From positions 35,280,001 through 35,344,000 of the forward strand of contig CM052816.1 in NCBI GenBank assembly GCA_028534125.1: DNA of 64,000 bases, given 5' to 3'. A program made the position numbers and the translations under genes. The notes under the pieces are model-generated. The model had not been told where the DNA came from and made no database searches. It saw nothing but the letters and a program-made list of their open reading frames with translations. Below, in pieces: positions 41,550-54,384 of this stretch. The first letter of the stretch is position 1. Every line of letters starts with the position of its first letter. Source of the DNA: Lama glama. Its lineage: Eukaryota.

Positions 41550-42440
41550 TATTTATTAATTCACTCAACAAATATTTGCTGAGAGGCTACTAAGCTATGT
41601 GTTGTGCATTTTCCTACACACACACACACACACACACAGACAAAAATTCCTGCCCTCACAGAGATTATATTCTAGAGAAAGGAAACAAAATACAAAATAA
41701 GTAAAATACACAGTGCTAAGTGGTGCTAAGGGCTACAAAAAAAAGAAAGAAAAGGATAAGGGCTATAATGAAGAAAAAGACAAGAAAAGGTAGTAAGAAG
41801 CATGGGAGAGGCAGGAGAATTCAGATTTATGTTAGGCACTCAAAGACCTTACAGAGGAAGGACCTAGAGAAGGTAAGAAAGCGAGTCATAAGGATATCTG
41901 GAGAAGAGCACTCCCCAGGCTGGGGGAACAGTAAGTACAAAATACCTCTTTAAGGAAGACCAAGAAGGCCTGCATGGAGTGAGAGGAGACAACAGTAAAA
42001 TTTGAGTTCACAGAAAGATCCTGTAGGAAAGAAGGAGAGCAGGACTACAAAACTAGCTCATTTTAAGGACTTGACCTTGTTCTCTGAGTTACATGGGAAA
42101 CCACTGAGAGATTCTGAGAAAGAAATGTGATCTGTTGCTTTTCAAAAAAATGACATTAATATGCAGAGGCTAATATTCCGAGAGTACCAGTATTCAGGGA
42201 GACTTGCTATGAATTATGTAGAGGAGCAAAAAGATGGTGTTGGACCAGGATGACCCAATTAGAGAGAGATGGTGAGAACTGGTCAGATTTCAGATATATT
42301 TTGAAGCCAAGAGAATATACTGAAAGATTGTGTAGGGGAAGTGAAAGAAAGAGAGTAAGAATAACTTCAAGGTTTGGGGTCTGAGCATAAATAAAAAATG
42401 AAATTGCCAATTACAGAGACAGGAAGGACTGATTTTTTTA
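41550..42440 (-). mobile_element. L2 element
   Basis: ATTCACTCAACAAATATTTGCTGAG terminus; CCTGCCCTCACAGAG; GGGAAACCACTGAGAGATT. Confidence 0.8.
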
Positions 42441-43064
42441 ATTGGATTTCTATCACTGGCATGCAAAAGAAGACTAACAAATACAGAAATTGATTCTGGA
42501 AAATCAGCTATTACAAATGACAGCCCTAAAGTGTGCAACTAATTGAATCAGTAACAGAAAATGAAGGGAATTTGGTATCCCTCGACTGTAGGATGAGAAG
42601 TCAGCAATCCTTAATAAGCAAAACACCTTGTAAAGTTTCACCTCTTGCAAATCAGACCACGTGCCTATTAAGGATGGAACTGTTGGGTACTTAATAAAAA
42701 TGTTAGGATGTCAGTATATTGCCCACTATGTAGCAGTCTTCAGTAAGGTCCTTAAAAAAAGAAGCACACTGTGAACGAAGTCTTAATAAGAGGAAAATCT
42801 TTTCAGACATTAACTACCAATCCACTGTGGCTGATAATCTTGCAATTTACATCACTGAAAATCAGGTATCTCTACACTAAAATTTGAGTCTTTTTAACAA
42901 AAGGTGGGGAAAGCCTGATGCTCCAGGCTCCTCCCCAAGCATCGTAGCAAAAAACATGCTCACAGCCTGGGAGCAGGGATAAACTGGCTGTGCAATTACC
43001 TCAAGAAGTTGCTCTGAACGGCCTAGAGACAGGCCAAGATGAAGACTGAAAAGCCTAAGATTTG

Positions 43065-43306
43065 CTTGTTTTCAAACCTCAGTACTACTGACATTTTGAA
43101 CTGGAAAATTCTTTGTTGTGGGAGGCTGTCCTGTGCATTGCAGGATGTTTAACGGAACCCTTGGGCACAACCTACTATATGCCAGTAACACCTGCCTACC
43201 CAACCCACAACACCCCCTTGCAACAATAGTAAAGTCTCCAGACATTGCCAAACATCCTTGAGGATTAAAATAAAAAAAAAAAAAAAGCCTCTGTTGGAGA
43301 ACCACT
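43065..43306. mobile_element. MER20 hAT-Charlie element
   Basis: ATTCTTTGTTGTGGGAGGCTGTCCTGTGCATTGCAGGATGTTTA...GAGAACCACT. Confidence 0.85.
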
Positions 43307-44086
43307 CACTAGGTCAGGGTGGCAAAGTTGTTTAGAGACATACCAGGTGACAGCTTGATTCAAGGACTAGGATTTGGGCTTCGGCACTTGGGAGAAGTTG
43401 ATCAAGTGCAAACAAATCAAAAACTTATCAAGTTTATAAGAAAGTTGTATTGCCTAAGAAACTCCCAACAAAGATTTGTTACTATTCAACCCTTAAGTTG
43501 TTTCCCTGGACTCCAACCCCTCATCAACAGCAAACGGGCTGTTGAAGCTGTGCAGTCCTCAGGAAGGGAATCCTTCTCATACCCACCTGGGCTGTGACCA
43601 GGAGGAAAAACAACAAAGATCTTCCCAGGTGGTAGTACAAGAGACAGCCATACTGGCTAATTAAAAATCTTACTCCACTGCTGAGGCAAAGAGTCCTCGC
43701 CTTCCCTATCCAATGAAATATGAATATATCATGAATTGGAGAATCTCAGTGGATTATTTCCCCTTTTTCTCTTCTCTAAGAATTTTTTTTGGCCTTATGT
43801 TATTTTCCTCCTATCACTTAACACTGGTTTTATTAAAATTAGTTATATTTATCATTTAACCCTAAGTTCCTTGATGCTGTCAAACAGAACTGAGAGAAAT
43901 TACCCAGGGATCCTAGACTTAAAGTTAAACGCAGTAATTAAACCAGTCTTTGAGTTGTACTCCTTTGTTGGGGGTCAAGTGGTAAATGCACTGGAAGTTT
44001 TAAGTGAAAGATTATGTTAAGCCAGGTGAGGGCATTTTTTCAAGGGTATATATGTAAGGGAGGACATGGATGCACACTGGGAGGAT

Positions 44087-44620
44087 TACAGTGAATACCT
44101 GTTGGTTATGCTCATCCAGCATCCACTCCCCAATCCCATGATCACAATACCTGCTTTGTCTTTCAGCAAACCGCCCAACCTGACTCTCAACCCACATAGT
44201 TTAGAGCACATGGCTGACCACACCTCCTATCCCTCATTCCAGTAGTTAGCACCTGACTCAGGTTTGGCCTCTCATTGTACACTATTCTCCTGACCCTATG
44301 ATCAAGGATGGAAAATGACCCAATTCATTCAAGAGACGTAATCCCAGGACTTTTGCTAAAACTATGAGTAGGAGAAGCTCTTTTCACACTGGGCTTGCTA
44401 AATTGAAAGAACATAAACTTGGAGCCATTAGGGAGCTCCTCATGGAGAAAGCCTATCTGAAGGCACATCTGACACAAGAGAAAGCCACTGAGTTTGCTGA
44501 GCACATCGTTTGAGCCCTTGAATCCATCCGTACCTGAAGAGAGTACATTCCTGTTCATTCTGGTGCCCTGAGCTAGTGTGAGTAGGGTTTTGATCTCATG
44601 CAACAGAAAGGTGTTTTAAA
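44087..44620. mobile_element. MaLR (MLT1-type) LTR, with probable MaLR internal remnants at ~42450-44000
   Basis: CATGGCTGACCACACC...GAGTAGGGTTTTGATCTCATGCAACAGAAAG. Confidence 0.55.
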
Positions 44621-47600
44621 AAATCTAGTATCAGTACCAGTTACCAGACAAAACGGGTATTAGTCTTCAGAACAAGGGGGAAAAAAAAACCTGAAGCTGT
44701 AAGAATTAAGTTACTTGCCTAAATTCATACAACTAATTACTGGTAGCATAAATGCAGTCCTAAGTGGTCTGTTTCTAATATTCATGCTCTTTCCACTATA
44801 TCTTACTCTTTCTCTCAAGAAAATAGTCCAAAACTTCTCTAGGCTTTATAATTATCTGGAGCCATATGGTAAGACCTTACACAAAGTGTGTATTCTACTA
44901 ACATTTGTTCAATAACCAAAAAAGGGAGAATCTTATGGCTTTCTGCTCTGTCTCAGCAACAACTTGCTTCCTATGTAACAGAGGACATTTCTGCATTATT
45001 TTTATAATGTAAGCTATCTTAAGGACATGTCCACTTCCTTATCATCTTCCTTCTCTTTCAAAAACCATGGTTTCACTGTATATAATAGCAAGTGTCTCTA
45101 GGCTAAGGCACTTTGACGTTAGAATCCCAGTTTCAGCCACAGGGTAAATAAGGCGCCAAAACACTAGTAGGACATCAGAACCTTAGAGAGAGGCCATCAC
45201 CACAGACTATTATTCTGCTATAGTTGTGAAACTCTGGAAAGGACACCACATTATAAGCAAAAATACTGTTGTTCATGTTAGTATTTTAGGATATTTATAA
45301 GAACGTTAACTTCAAGAAAGTAGCAGCTATTTATAAACAGTCAAATCTCTTTCAAATACTGTTGAGTGTGAAAGAAAAGGGAAATGGGATAGAACTTATG
45401 AATATAAGATCTCTAACATTTTCAAGAAATCTAAAAACCATGAGAATTTTTCAACAGAGCTGGAATATTTCAATAACAATGCTTCGCAAGTCAACTTTTG
45501 TTTCCCTAGAAGGTGTGGTAAATTGATTCACATCCAGACTTACTGGATTCAACATTCCATTTTTAAACTTACTGAAAAATGTCTGTATTCTGGCTAAGAT
45601 CTACCACTTTCTTAGGCCTCTACTTTTTCTTTACTTCTAACAGCTGGCTTTCTTTTTACGGAAAGTTTTTTACAAAGAAACAACATTTAATCATTTGGCA
45701 AAAGTCATTCTATAGGATAACTTCAAATAGAGAAAAAAAGCCAAGACAAGATGTGGACATTGGGCAGTTAGTTACCTGGGGTCATGCATATCTTAGGGTC
45801 TCACTTCCAATAAGAGAAATTCATTTCAGCAAAACTTCAAATATTTCAGCACGGACTTTTTCTGAGTCACTCCCAAATAGGTGAAACTGACATTAAATCC
45901 AGGACTGCTATTGGTTCACTATATTTAGATTGTTATTATTTCATTTATTTCAGGTTTAGCACATGAAAGATGTAAATTCAAATCCTAGGTGTACTTTATA
46001 GCTAGGTCTCCTTGAATAAAAAGATGTGACGTAAGACTGGTTCCAGATCACAAAAAGAAAATACAAGCTATCCAATCTACACGGTTGTCATGAAAATCAA
46101 AACAAATGTACAAAAATGTCTAGCACTTTGAGTAGGCACTAAAGAAATATTAACGTAATTTATTTCCACGTAATTTACCCAAAAACTTGTACTGATAGAA
46201 ACTGTTTCTTTTTGAAAGGTTAAAATGTTGAGGAGGGAAGAAAAGGGGGCTATGCAAAAATAAGGAATTATAATACAATATACTATACACATATATACAC
46301 ACGCATATATACAAACACATAAATATCAGTAAGAGAAAGAAATAAGCTTCCTACTTTGTAGAAAGTTCTACTATGTACAAATCTAGATGAAGAACCTTAT
46401 ACTTTGTCAAACATAATAGTTTATAAGTAACTGGGATAGTGATCTGTCAAGTTGTCATTAAAAATCATCTGGGACAACTTCATTGGTTAGTTCCTTTTAA
46501 TTACTCTACTATTGCCAATTTATTCAATACATAGAAAGTAAAGAGATCTGTCAAAGTGATGGTATTTAACCAGAATATATAAACTTGGAGTAAATTCAGA
46601 AGGGATATGAAAGTGACACTAACTGAATCTGCATCATTAGAAAGTCCACCATACACCACGGACTGCATACTGAAACAAGAAAATGATGCTTAAAAATGTT
46701 TCATTTGCTCCTATCAAAGCAAAATTTGTCAAACGTCTGTGAAAGTTGCAATGATGGTTAACCTGAATAAGAATGTATATAGAAAGCATGTGATTCTGAA
46801 GAAAATATAATTCAAGAGAAAGTCAGAGCACTGTATAAACATTTTCACGAAGGAAGAGGTAGTTGTGGCCGCTAGGGTGACTACTGACCCATTTGTTACC
46901 AAAACTGAAAATTGATAGAAGGGTCAAATGCATTTATCTTTGTAAACTGTGTAATTAACAAAAAAGTCCAAACAACTGACAAGAAAAGCTTGGGAAATCT
47001 TTCCAAGCTGAAGACATTCAGAGAGCAGAAAGAACACAAACTCCTGAAGCATTCAACTCCTGTCAAACATTACCAAGAAACAGCAGCAAGCGGCAAGCAG
47101 CACTACTGTGACCACGGACTAACTCTTCAACTTTGACAGTGCAGCAGGCCTTCTGATTAAGCCAGAAATACTCTTTTGTTCTACAAACCCCAGGACAAAA
47201 GAGCCAAGAATAAGAAACTCTGCATGTATGCTAATGATGTAATGCAAAATCACCCAGACTTCATCTTAAAAGCAAAAATTTGTTTAACAACTTTGATGAT
47301 TGCAGTCTTGTTTACAGAATCATTAGGGTCTGAGGGGACCACTTAAATTTTTCAATTAAATCTTACTGTATTTTATGGAGGGAGTTATATCCTAGATCCA
47401 CAAAGATTTCAAGAAATAACACATGCTAATGTCAAGGGTCTAATGAACATAGTTTTTAACTGTATGTTGTATATACTACTTCCATGTAGGGCAAACTAAG
47501 TGAAATCTCATTCACAGAAGTGTAATTTTAAAGAAATTTTTCAAACTGAGCCAATGTAAAGAGCACTTTTATATACTACACACCCAGAATATAAATATTC

Positions 47601-49223
47601 TACTATTAAGAGTTTCCCCTTTTCCTAAAACCATTTATCCCACTAAGGAAATACTTTTTCTGCAAGTAAAATAATTTATACTGGAAAACTACTTTCTGTT
47701 TTTCTATTATAATATTTTTTTATAATAAAAACCATGATGCTATTACTCAAATATTCTTAAATGTTCATCATTAATTACTCTAGCTTTAAAAATGTAATAC
47801 TTGATTATCAATATTTCATATACAATTAGTAATCTTTTCTTCTGTAGGATTACAAGACTTAAGAAAAACTGAAGAAGCAGTCATTTCAGGAAAATGGAGA
47901 AATAAACGGGGTCTCAATGATAGTACTATGAGGTGTGTCTCAAGTGTTAGTTACTAATAATAGTTATATACATTTTTAATGACTAATTTTCCTCAATAAA
48001 TCAGAGTAGATTCAAGTTTATTCCTATAATAATGTCATTCTCATTGTATTCTGATATGCTTCCTAAAGTGGGAGAGAATACAAAGAAATTATAGAGAGCA
48101 CACTAGAAAACTACACATTAGAATATGTCACACATGTAAATATCTTGTACCTGGGTGGGAAAAAATATTGAGAATCATTGACTTAGATGACAAAATCTTT
48201 TCACTGCTAGATGAGACAATGAGGACTATTTAGTTCAAATCCTCTTTACTCAGTTCAGTTCTTGCTTCTCACCCAATAACTACAGGCTGGTCTGTACATT
48301 TAAACTATAAGTGTGTGTTCTTTAAGAATTAGAATCCCATACTTATAACACACATTTTGAAATTGGGTCTCTGTAAAATAGTGCACCCTAAAAAAAATTA
48401 TTTACATCAGTAGAAGACAGAAAACATTCCGTTAAGAGTTTTACGTATTATTACATTTGAAAATAAAGTTTAAGTTTTAAACACATTAAGTAAATGTAGT
48501 TTGAGATGGCAGGGAGCACTAGTTAGAGATTTAACAAAGATAACATTTAGTCTTTCTGTACCACTTTTAAGCAAATATTTGTGGTTTAAAGAAAAGGAAT
48601 TTAGAGAAACCATCCAACAACAGATGATAATCTAAGGTGAAAAAAAATGAAAAAAAAATTCAGGAATTCAGACGAACTGCATATATTTTGAGGTAAAAAT
48701 CATTTAAGGTAAATTTCTGATTATCCCTACTGAGATACAGTAACCCAAAAACTATAAAAGAAGAGCTAATCTGAGATACTTCTAATTATTTGGTTTGCAC
48801 AAATGCAAATGTCATTCAACTTAAGTAAACTTAATGTACATTATTTTATTTTCCTAAATCCAAAACTTAGGGACTTTCAGGATGGCAGAATAAACACAGT
48901 AATACTAGGAGAGATAAAATGAAAGCTACCATGTAAGGAACTGAATATGGAACTTGAACACTTCCTAAATTCAGTTTTACCTAGATTGTCTCATTTCTTC
49001 TTCATAACAATCTTATGAGGCAATTTTACCATCCCCATTTTACAGATAAGGAAACTCTGGTTTAAAGACATTAAGAAGAAAATCCTGACTTTTGACTGGA
49101 ACCCAGATTATCTGGCTCCAAAATAAATGGATCTTCTTGTCACTACACCCTGAGACTTGGCAAGAAACACATATATTAAAATTTTCAGTCTCTTCATTAA
49201 AACCTTCTAAAAGAAGAGACAAC

Positions 49224-49353
49224 TTTTTTTGTTTGTTGGGGTGGGGAATAATTAGGTTTATTTGTTTGGTTTTTGATGGAGGTAGTGGGGATTGAACCCA
49301 AGACCTTGTGTATGCTAAGCAGGCACTTTACCACTGAGCCGAAGCTTCCCCCC
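49224..49353 (-). mobile_element. tRNA-derived SINE (same family as 25694)
   Basis: Reverse B box GGGATTGAACCC, TAATTAGGTTTA tail. TSD GAAGAGACAA at 49213-22 and 49356-65. Confidence 0.9.
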
Positions 49354-52229
49354 AGGAAGAGACAATATTAAGCTTATAGTGAGTGGTGAGGATGTATAGA
49401 CTAAAAATTAGGCACAGTCTGATAAATCTGAATATTTTAAGAAATAAGCCTAAGTCAAGAATGAAATTAAATTTTAAAAAGCTGAATATGAAGTAATCCC
49501 CAAAATAGAGAAATCTGAAAACTTCTGTAGAAAGGCACTAAGTAAACTTCACCTAGACATTTTGAATTCCAAAGAAAAAACTTGAGAGGGTCCATATTTT
49601 GTCAGTCTTACAGCAGTTTCAGATGGTTAATCAGACCTATATTTATATTTTTTAAAAAAGTGGGTAATTGCTTTGGTTTGACTCTTGTTCTGACTCTAGT
49701 CTGTCCTCTATTCTTTTCCATTTTTCCTCCAGATCTTGGAGCCCTCATCTAACTTAGGGTAACTGAGTCTCAAGTTCACTAACTCCTTTAAGTTTAGATG
49801 CGAGTGCTGACACACTGCAGCAAAGACCATAAAATTGCAATGATTGGTACAGAAGAAACAAAAGTTTAGTTATTTTCCTAAATAGTAACTATCATGGAAT
49901 TATTGATGGCTTTTTTCTGTATAGTTTTTTGAACTAATTTTAAAGCATTTCATTTTTATAGTAAAAATAGGAGAGGGAGAAAAAAAGGAAAGAGGGAATG
50001 AGGTGGCGGGAGAGGGAAACTTGGAGCTTTGATTAAAAAAATATCTGAACATCTTAGTCTTTCCAAAGTTCCAAAACTATGACCTGTTTGTTCCCTTTTA
50101 TCTCTCAATGGTATGATAAATTAACTATATATAAGCTTGCCAAAGTCAAATGAGATATGGAAAAATAATGAGGCAATCCAAAGGTCTATAAATTCTGAGA
50201 CATAGCTCAATTATAGTATTTAAGAAATTAGTTATTAAATGAGGTTAAGTATGAAAAACAGATTTAGGGTATACTAAAACTGAAAAACAGGATTCACATA
50301 CTTATAGAAGAGTGCAAGCACTTCCTAAGCATGGAAAAATTATAAATATAATATAGACATTTGTGAATTTAAATCCATTTCTTATTCTTTTATTATAAAC
50401 TGAAGTTCTGTATTAAAATATTCCTTTAGCAACACAATGAAACAATGGAACAATACCCAAGATAGTTTTAAGTTTTGTCAAAATTAACTTAAAATCTCTC
50501 TAGGTTACTTCATTTTCCATGAAACAGTTCTACTAAAAAAAGTTCACATTTGTAAGCTTTCTTTTTCCATTACAAAATACATTCTTATGCCAAAACAACA
50601 TGCATAAGATTGGTCCAATTTACTATGTTACCAAAACAATGCATAATTGATAGTCCCTAGGACCTGTCTTCAAAAGAAGATGCTCATTTAAAAATCAAAT
50701 ATAAAACTATAATCTATTAACACAAGAGTCCAATTTTAAAACAAAACTTTTATTTGTATAACAAGTTCAATAGATTTCCTTTTTTTTTTTTTTCCTGCAG
50801 ACCAAAAGATGCAGTTTACTCATCTGGGCCTTAATTTACAAAGATGACTTCTACTCACAGAACTGCTTTATAATAGTCTCACGGAATTCAATTACTATAG
50901 TTCTTATAATTGCTGTTTCCATCTATAAACGGAAATAGGCACTTTACAAAATTTTGGTATGATACGTATTTATGTTGATTTTCAAAATCGATCACTTCAG
51001 TCCCTCCGTTCCTTAGTACATACCATATGACAGCTGTCTTGAAAATGTTATTGCTGTGTAGGTGGTGAATATTCACTGCACAATTCAACTTTTCTGCATT
51101 GTTTGAAATTTATCATAGTGAAATGCTGGAGGAAAAAAAACGGCAAATTTGAAAGGTTCGCAGAAAAGAGTTATAGCTACATATGAGTTGAAGATGAAAA
51201 GAATCTGTCTACCAAAAGCCTGAATTATTTCAACTACTGACATCAACCTTTGAAATAATTGTGTAGAAGCTGCATCAACAATTTCCATGGTATACATTTA
51301 ATACTGCCAACCATCAGTGCTGAAGCGAAACACATCTTCACTAAAAGTCTTTCGTGGAATAAACTAGAGAAAAAGTTTCCAAGTATACCTATGTACTCAG
51401 TATATTCCCAGTACCTTTGAAAATAGGTCCCTTGGCTCAAGAGAGCTAGTAGATAAGGCTTTCCGGATCACAAAACACAATGAGCCTTCCTTTGCATTGA
51501 CTGACAAATGGGTGGCTCTTCACAAATGTATCTTCCTTAAGCCCATACGGGTAGATACACCAGGATTCCAACACTGCACAGTGAAATAATATTTTGCAAC
51601 ACTTTTAAAAAATCCTGTTCCCACGCCATAGGCTGAAAAGCCCTTCCTAGCCTTTAATCACTAACATAGTTTTGGTCTACTCTTAATGATTTTTCTGTTG
51701 CACTTTTTATATTGGAGACTTCAATTGAGAAATTTATTATCTTAAAATATTAGGAGAAATAGAAAAAAAATGGCACTACACCTTTAGAGAACTTTATGCC
51801 AAATTGACAGTGAGACCACTACGAATATAAGCAGCTTCTTATGAAATAAAAAGATTAAGGCTTTTTAACCATAAAACAAAAGGAAACGAAAGTCTACGAG
51901 TCGTAATAAACTACTAGATTTTGGACGGTACAACACTATATGTCAAAATCACAAATGCACAAAAAGTAAAAAGCAACAACTTCACAGTAAATTTGTGCAC
52001 GACTACCGCCCTAACACCACCAACTCAATTAGCGTTTTCTAGAAAGCTAATGCTGAAGGAGATTCCAAACACCTCCTCAACCCTAAATGGCAAAGACAGA
52101 ACAGAGCAGAAATTGCCCCAGCTGCGCTAGCTTCACACTTAATCTATCTCTTAAGGGTCACCCGTGGCCAAGACAGGAGCAGGGATGTAAGAGGGGTTGG
52201 GGGGTGGTGGGGTTGACAAGGGAGAAGAG

Positions 52230-53530
52230 CTGGGGGCAGACTGCGCCGGTGGAGAGACCGCAGGGCCCCATCAGTAGGAAGGGGTTGGGGGAACACCTAG
52301 GGGTTGGGGGTGGCCTCCCCAGCCCGAGGGCCGCGCCAAGAGGAGTCCCGGGAGAGAAGAGGGTCCAGCCGTGATGGGCGGTGCCCACTCCTCGCAGCAC
52401 CGCCCCACACCCCGCAGCCCCCCGACCCGGCTACGGGGCGGGGCCAGCGCGCCCGCCTCCGCTCCCTCGCTCCGGCACCCGCCCCCTCAACCTACCGTCC
52501 CCGGTAGGTGGGAGAGGCGGGCCGGGCCGGGTGGGCAGCCCAGCCCAAGCCCCAAACAGGAATGCGCCGCCACGGGCGCAGGACAGACGAAGACCCCGCA
52601 GCCGGGGGAGGGAGGGGGTGGCTGAGGGCGGAGAAAGAGCCCTCGGCGCAGCCGCCACAGGCAGGGCTGAGCCCCAGGCGCCCCACTGCGGGCAGGGAGT
52701 GTTGCCCCCGTCCTCCGCTGGCCTTCCCTCCGCTTCCCGTCTCCCCCAGTGTTGCCCCGGGCAACAGCGCCTGCCGCCGGCGGCCCGAAACTCACCTACC
52801 TAGAACCTGACAAGCAGGAGCCCCTCAGACCCGGGAGCCAGTCGCCACCCCGCGTCACGGGGGCCGCCACAACCAATGGGCGCCGCTGTCACGAAGCTCC
52901 GCGGCCAATCCGGCTGCACTCCGGTCTCCGGGCACCCTCGAGGTCTCAGCCAATGGGCACCTGCCGAAGGCGGGCGCTGCCTCACGACCCCCAACTCCCT
53001 CTTCCACCACCTCCCAGGAGGCGGGGCGCGGCCGATTGGCCCGGGACCCGGAGGGGTGGGACTCGGGCGCCGGGCCGGGTGGGTATGCAGGGACCCGGGG
53101 CTGCGGGCGTGGCGAGGGGAGGAGTGGAGCTGTGGCCGCCGCCCTGTGGGCCGGCTCCTTGGTTCGGGTGGGGTCACCAGGTCCTCCTGCTGGAGCTGCT
53201 CTCCTCGTCCCTGCAACTCGCTCTTCTCCCGCCGGCGTCCACGGCTGCCGGGGTGGGAGTGAGGGCAGGATGCGGCGGGAGGCGGACGGCGGCGTCACAG
53301 GAAACTTTGGGAGGCTCGCCTGGCCGCGGCCGGGAAGTGGCCGGGCCGGGGGTGATAAGCTGGGGCCGCCTGGAAGGGACTACCCAGCGGGTCGGCAGCC
53401 GGAAAGGAATTCGGAGGGTGGGGGCGGAGGCGTGATTAAAATGTTAAGTGTGCCCGCAGGGTGCTAGGCGATCCCGGGAGCTGAAATCTCCAGGAACGGA
53501 AGCCGCTTTGGAGCGCGGACCCTAAATACG
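52230..53530. promoter_or_regulatory. CpG-island promoter of FER
   Basis: Abrupt GC/CpG-rich ~1.3 kb in an AT-rich window. CCAAT at 52873, 52905 and 52950, ATTGG at 53035, GC boxes near 53018 and 53421, no obvious TATA. Confidence 0.92.
52796..52900 (-). other. FER: Probable non-coding FER exon 1 (TSS approximate)
   Basis: Inside the CpG island. Ends in GTCAGGTTCTAG|GTAG|GTGAGT, giving two overlapping donors (exon end 52800 or 52796). Confidence 0.75.
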
Positions 53531-54384
53531 CACTTTTCACCCTCAAAATCAGTCACTTTTCGTGTATTTCTTACCTGCGTCTATTGTAACGTTGATTCCT
53601 TTAGAATAGTTTTCAGCTTCTCCACTGGACCCTGATTGCCTTACAGGCGGGAACTGCCTCTATTGCCTGAGACCCCTTTTTTAAAAAAGTCTAGATAGAC
53701 AATCAATGCTGGTGTTGTAATGGGTGCTGTGAAAAAGCCTAGGGCAGGTTCTGTGAGTAATGCCCCGTAGTAAGTCCTTACCTCCTGCTGAGTCTAGAAT
53801 GTGAAGAACCGAAGTTGGTTTGCTCCTCCAGTGAGCGCTGTTTCTGAAGCGTCATTCACCAAAAGAATTTGGTGGAAAATGAGTAATATGAGCAAAACAA
53901 AGATAACTAGCTGATCTCTAACAATATGATAGGTGTTATTAGTCACTATTTCGGGGTGTGTTTCTGTACCCGACTTTTTAAGGCATTCTATCGTTCAATG
54001 CCTTGGTTGAACCACATTCTTCGGCTGGAACAAATAAATTCTAAGGTCAACCCTATCTCCACCTTCCCCATTCAAAACTTTTTTATTACCTGGGAGTCAA
54101 CGAAATATGAATATTTTTTATAAACAAATTTACTTTCTAAACAGTTACTTATTTTACTATAGTGAACAGCCCTACGCATAGAAAAACAGATTTTAAGTGA
54201 GACTTTTCTTGTCCCCTTTAAAGAAACAAAGTCTGTAAAGACAAAAAAAAAAACTGTTTTCATTGTGTTATGAGGGTTTTGATTGTTTATTTGGATTTCT
54301 TTTAAGCCTAAGAGACCTTGTATTTTACAGATGAGAAAGGTTAAGTAACACTTCAAGGTTACACATAACCAGTTAGAAGCAAAA

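Noticed and set aside
45777..45886. Alternative FER exon ending at CAG|GTAACT (minus strand)
   Set aside because: The donor is good but the upstream acceptor lacks a convincing polypyrimidine tract; no other support.
52490..52509. 8-bp hairpin ACCTACCG-TCCC-CGGTAGGT
   Set aside because: Too short to distinguish from chance in GC-rich DNA.
52873..52893. ER stress element (CCAAT-N9-CCACG)
   Set aside because: Spacing and sequence do not fit (CCAAT-N11-TCACG).
52087..53467. Many overlapping 67-228 aa ORFs on both strands
   Set aside because: Pro/Gly/Arg/Ala-rich products expected from stop-codon scarcity in a CpG island; no recognisable domain.
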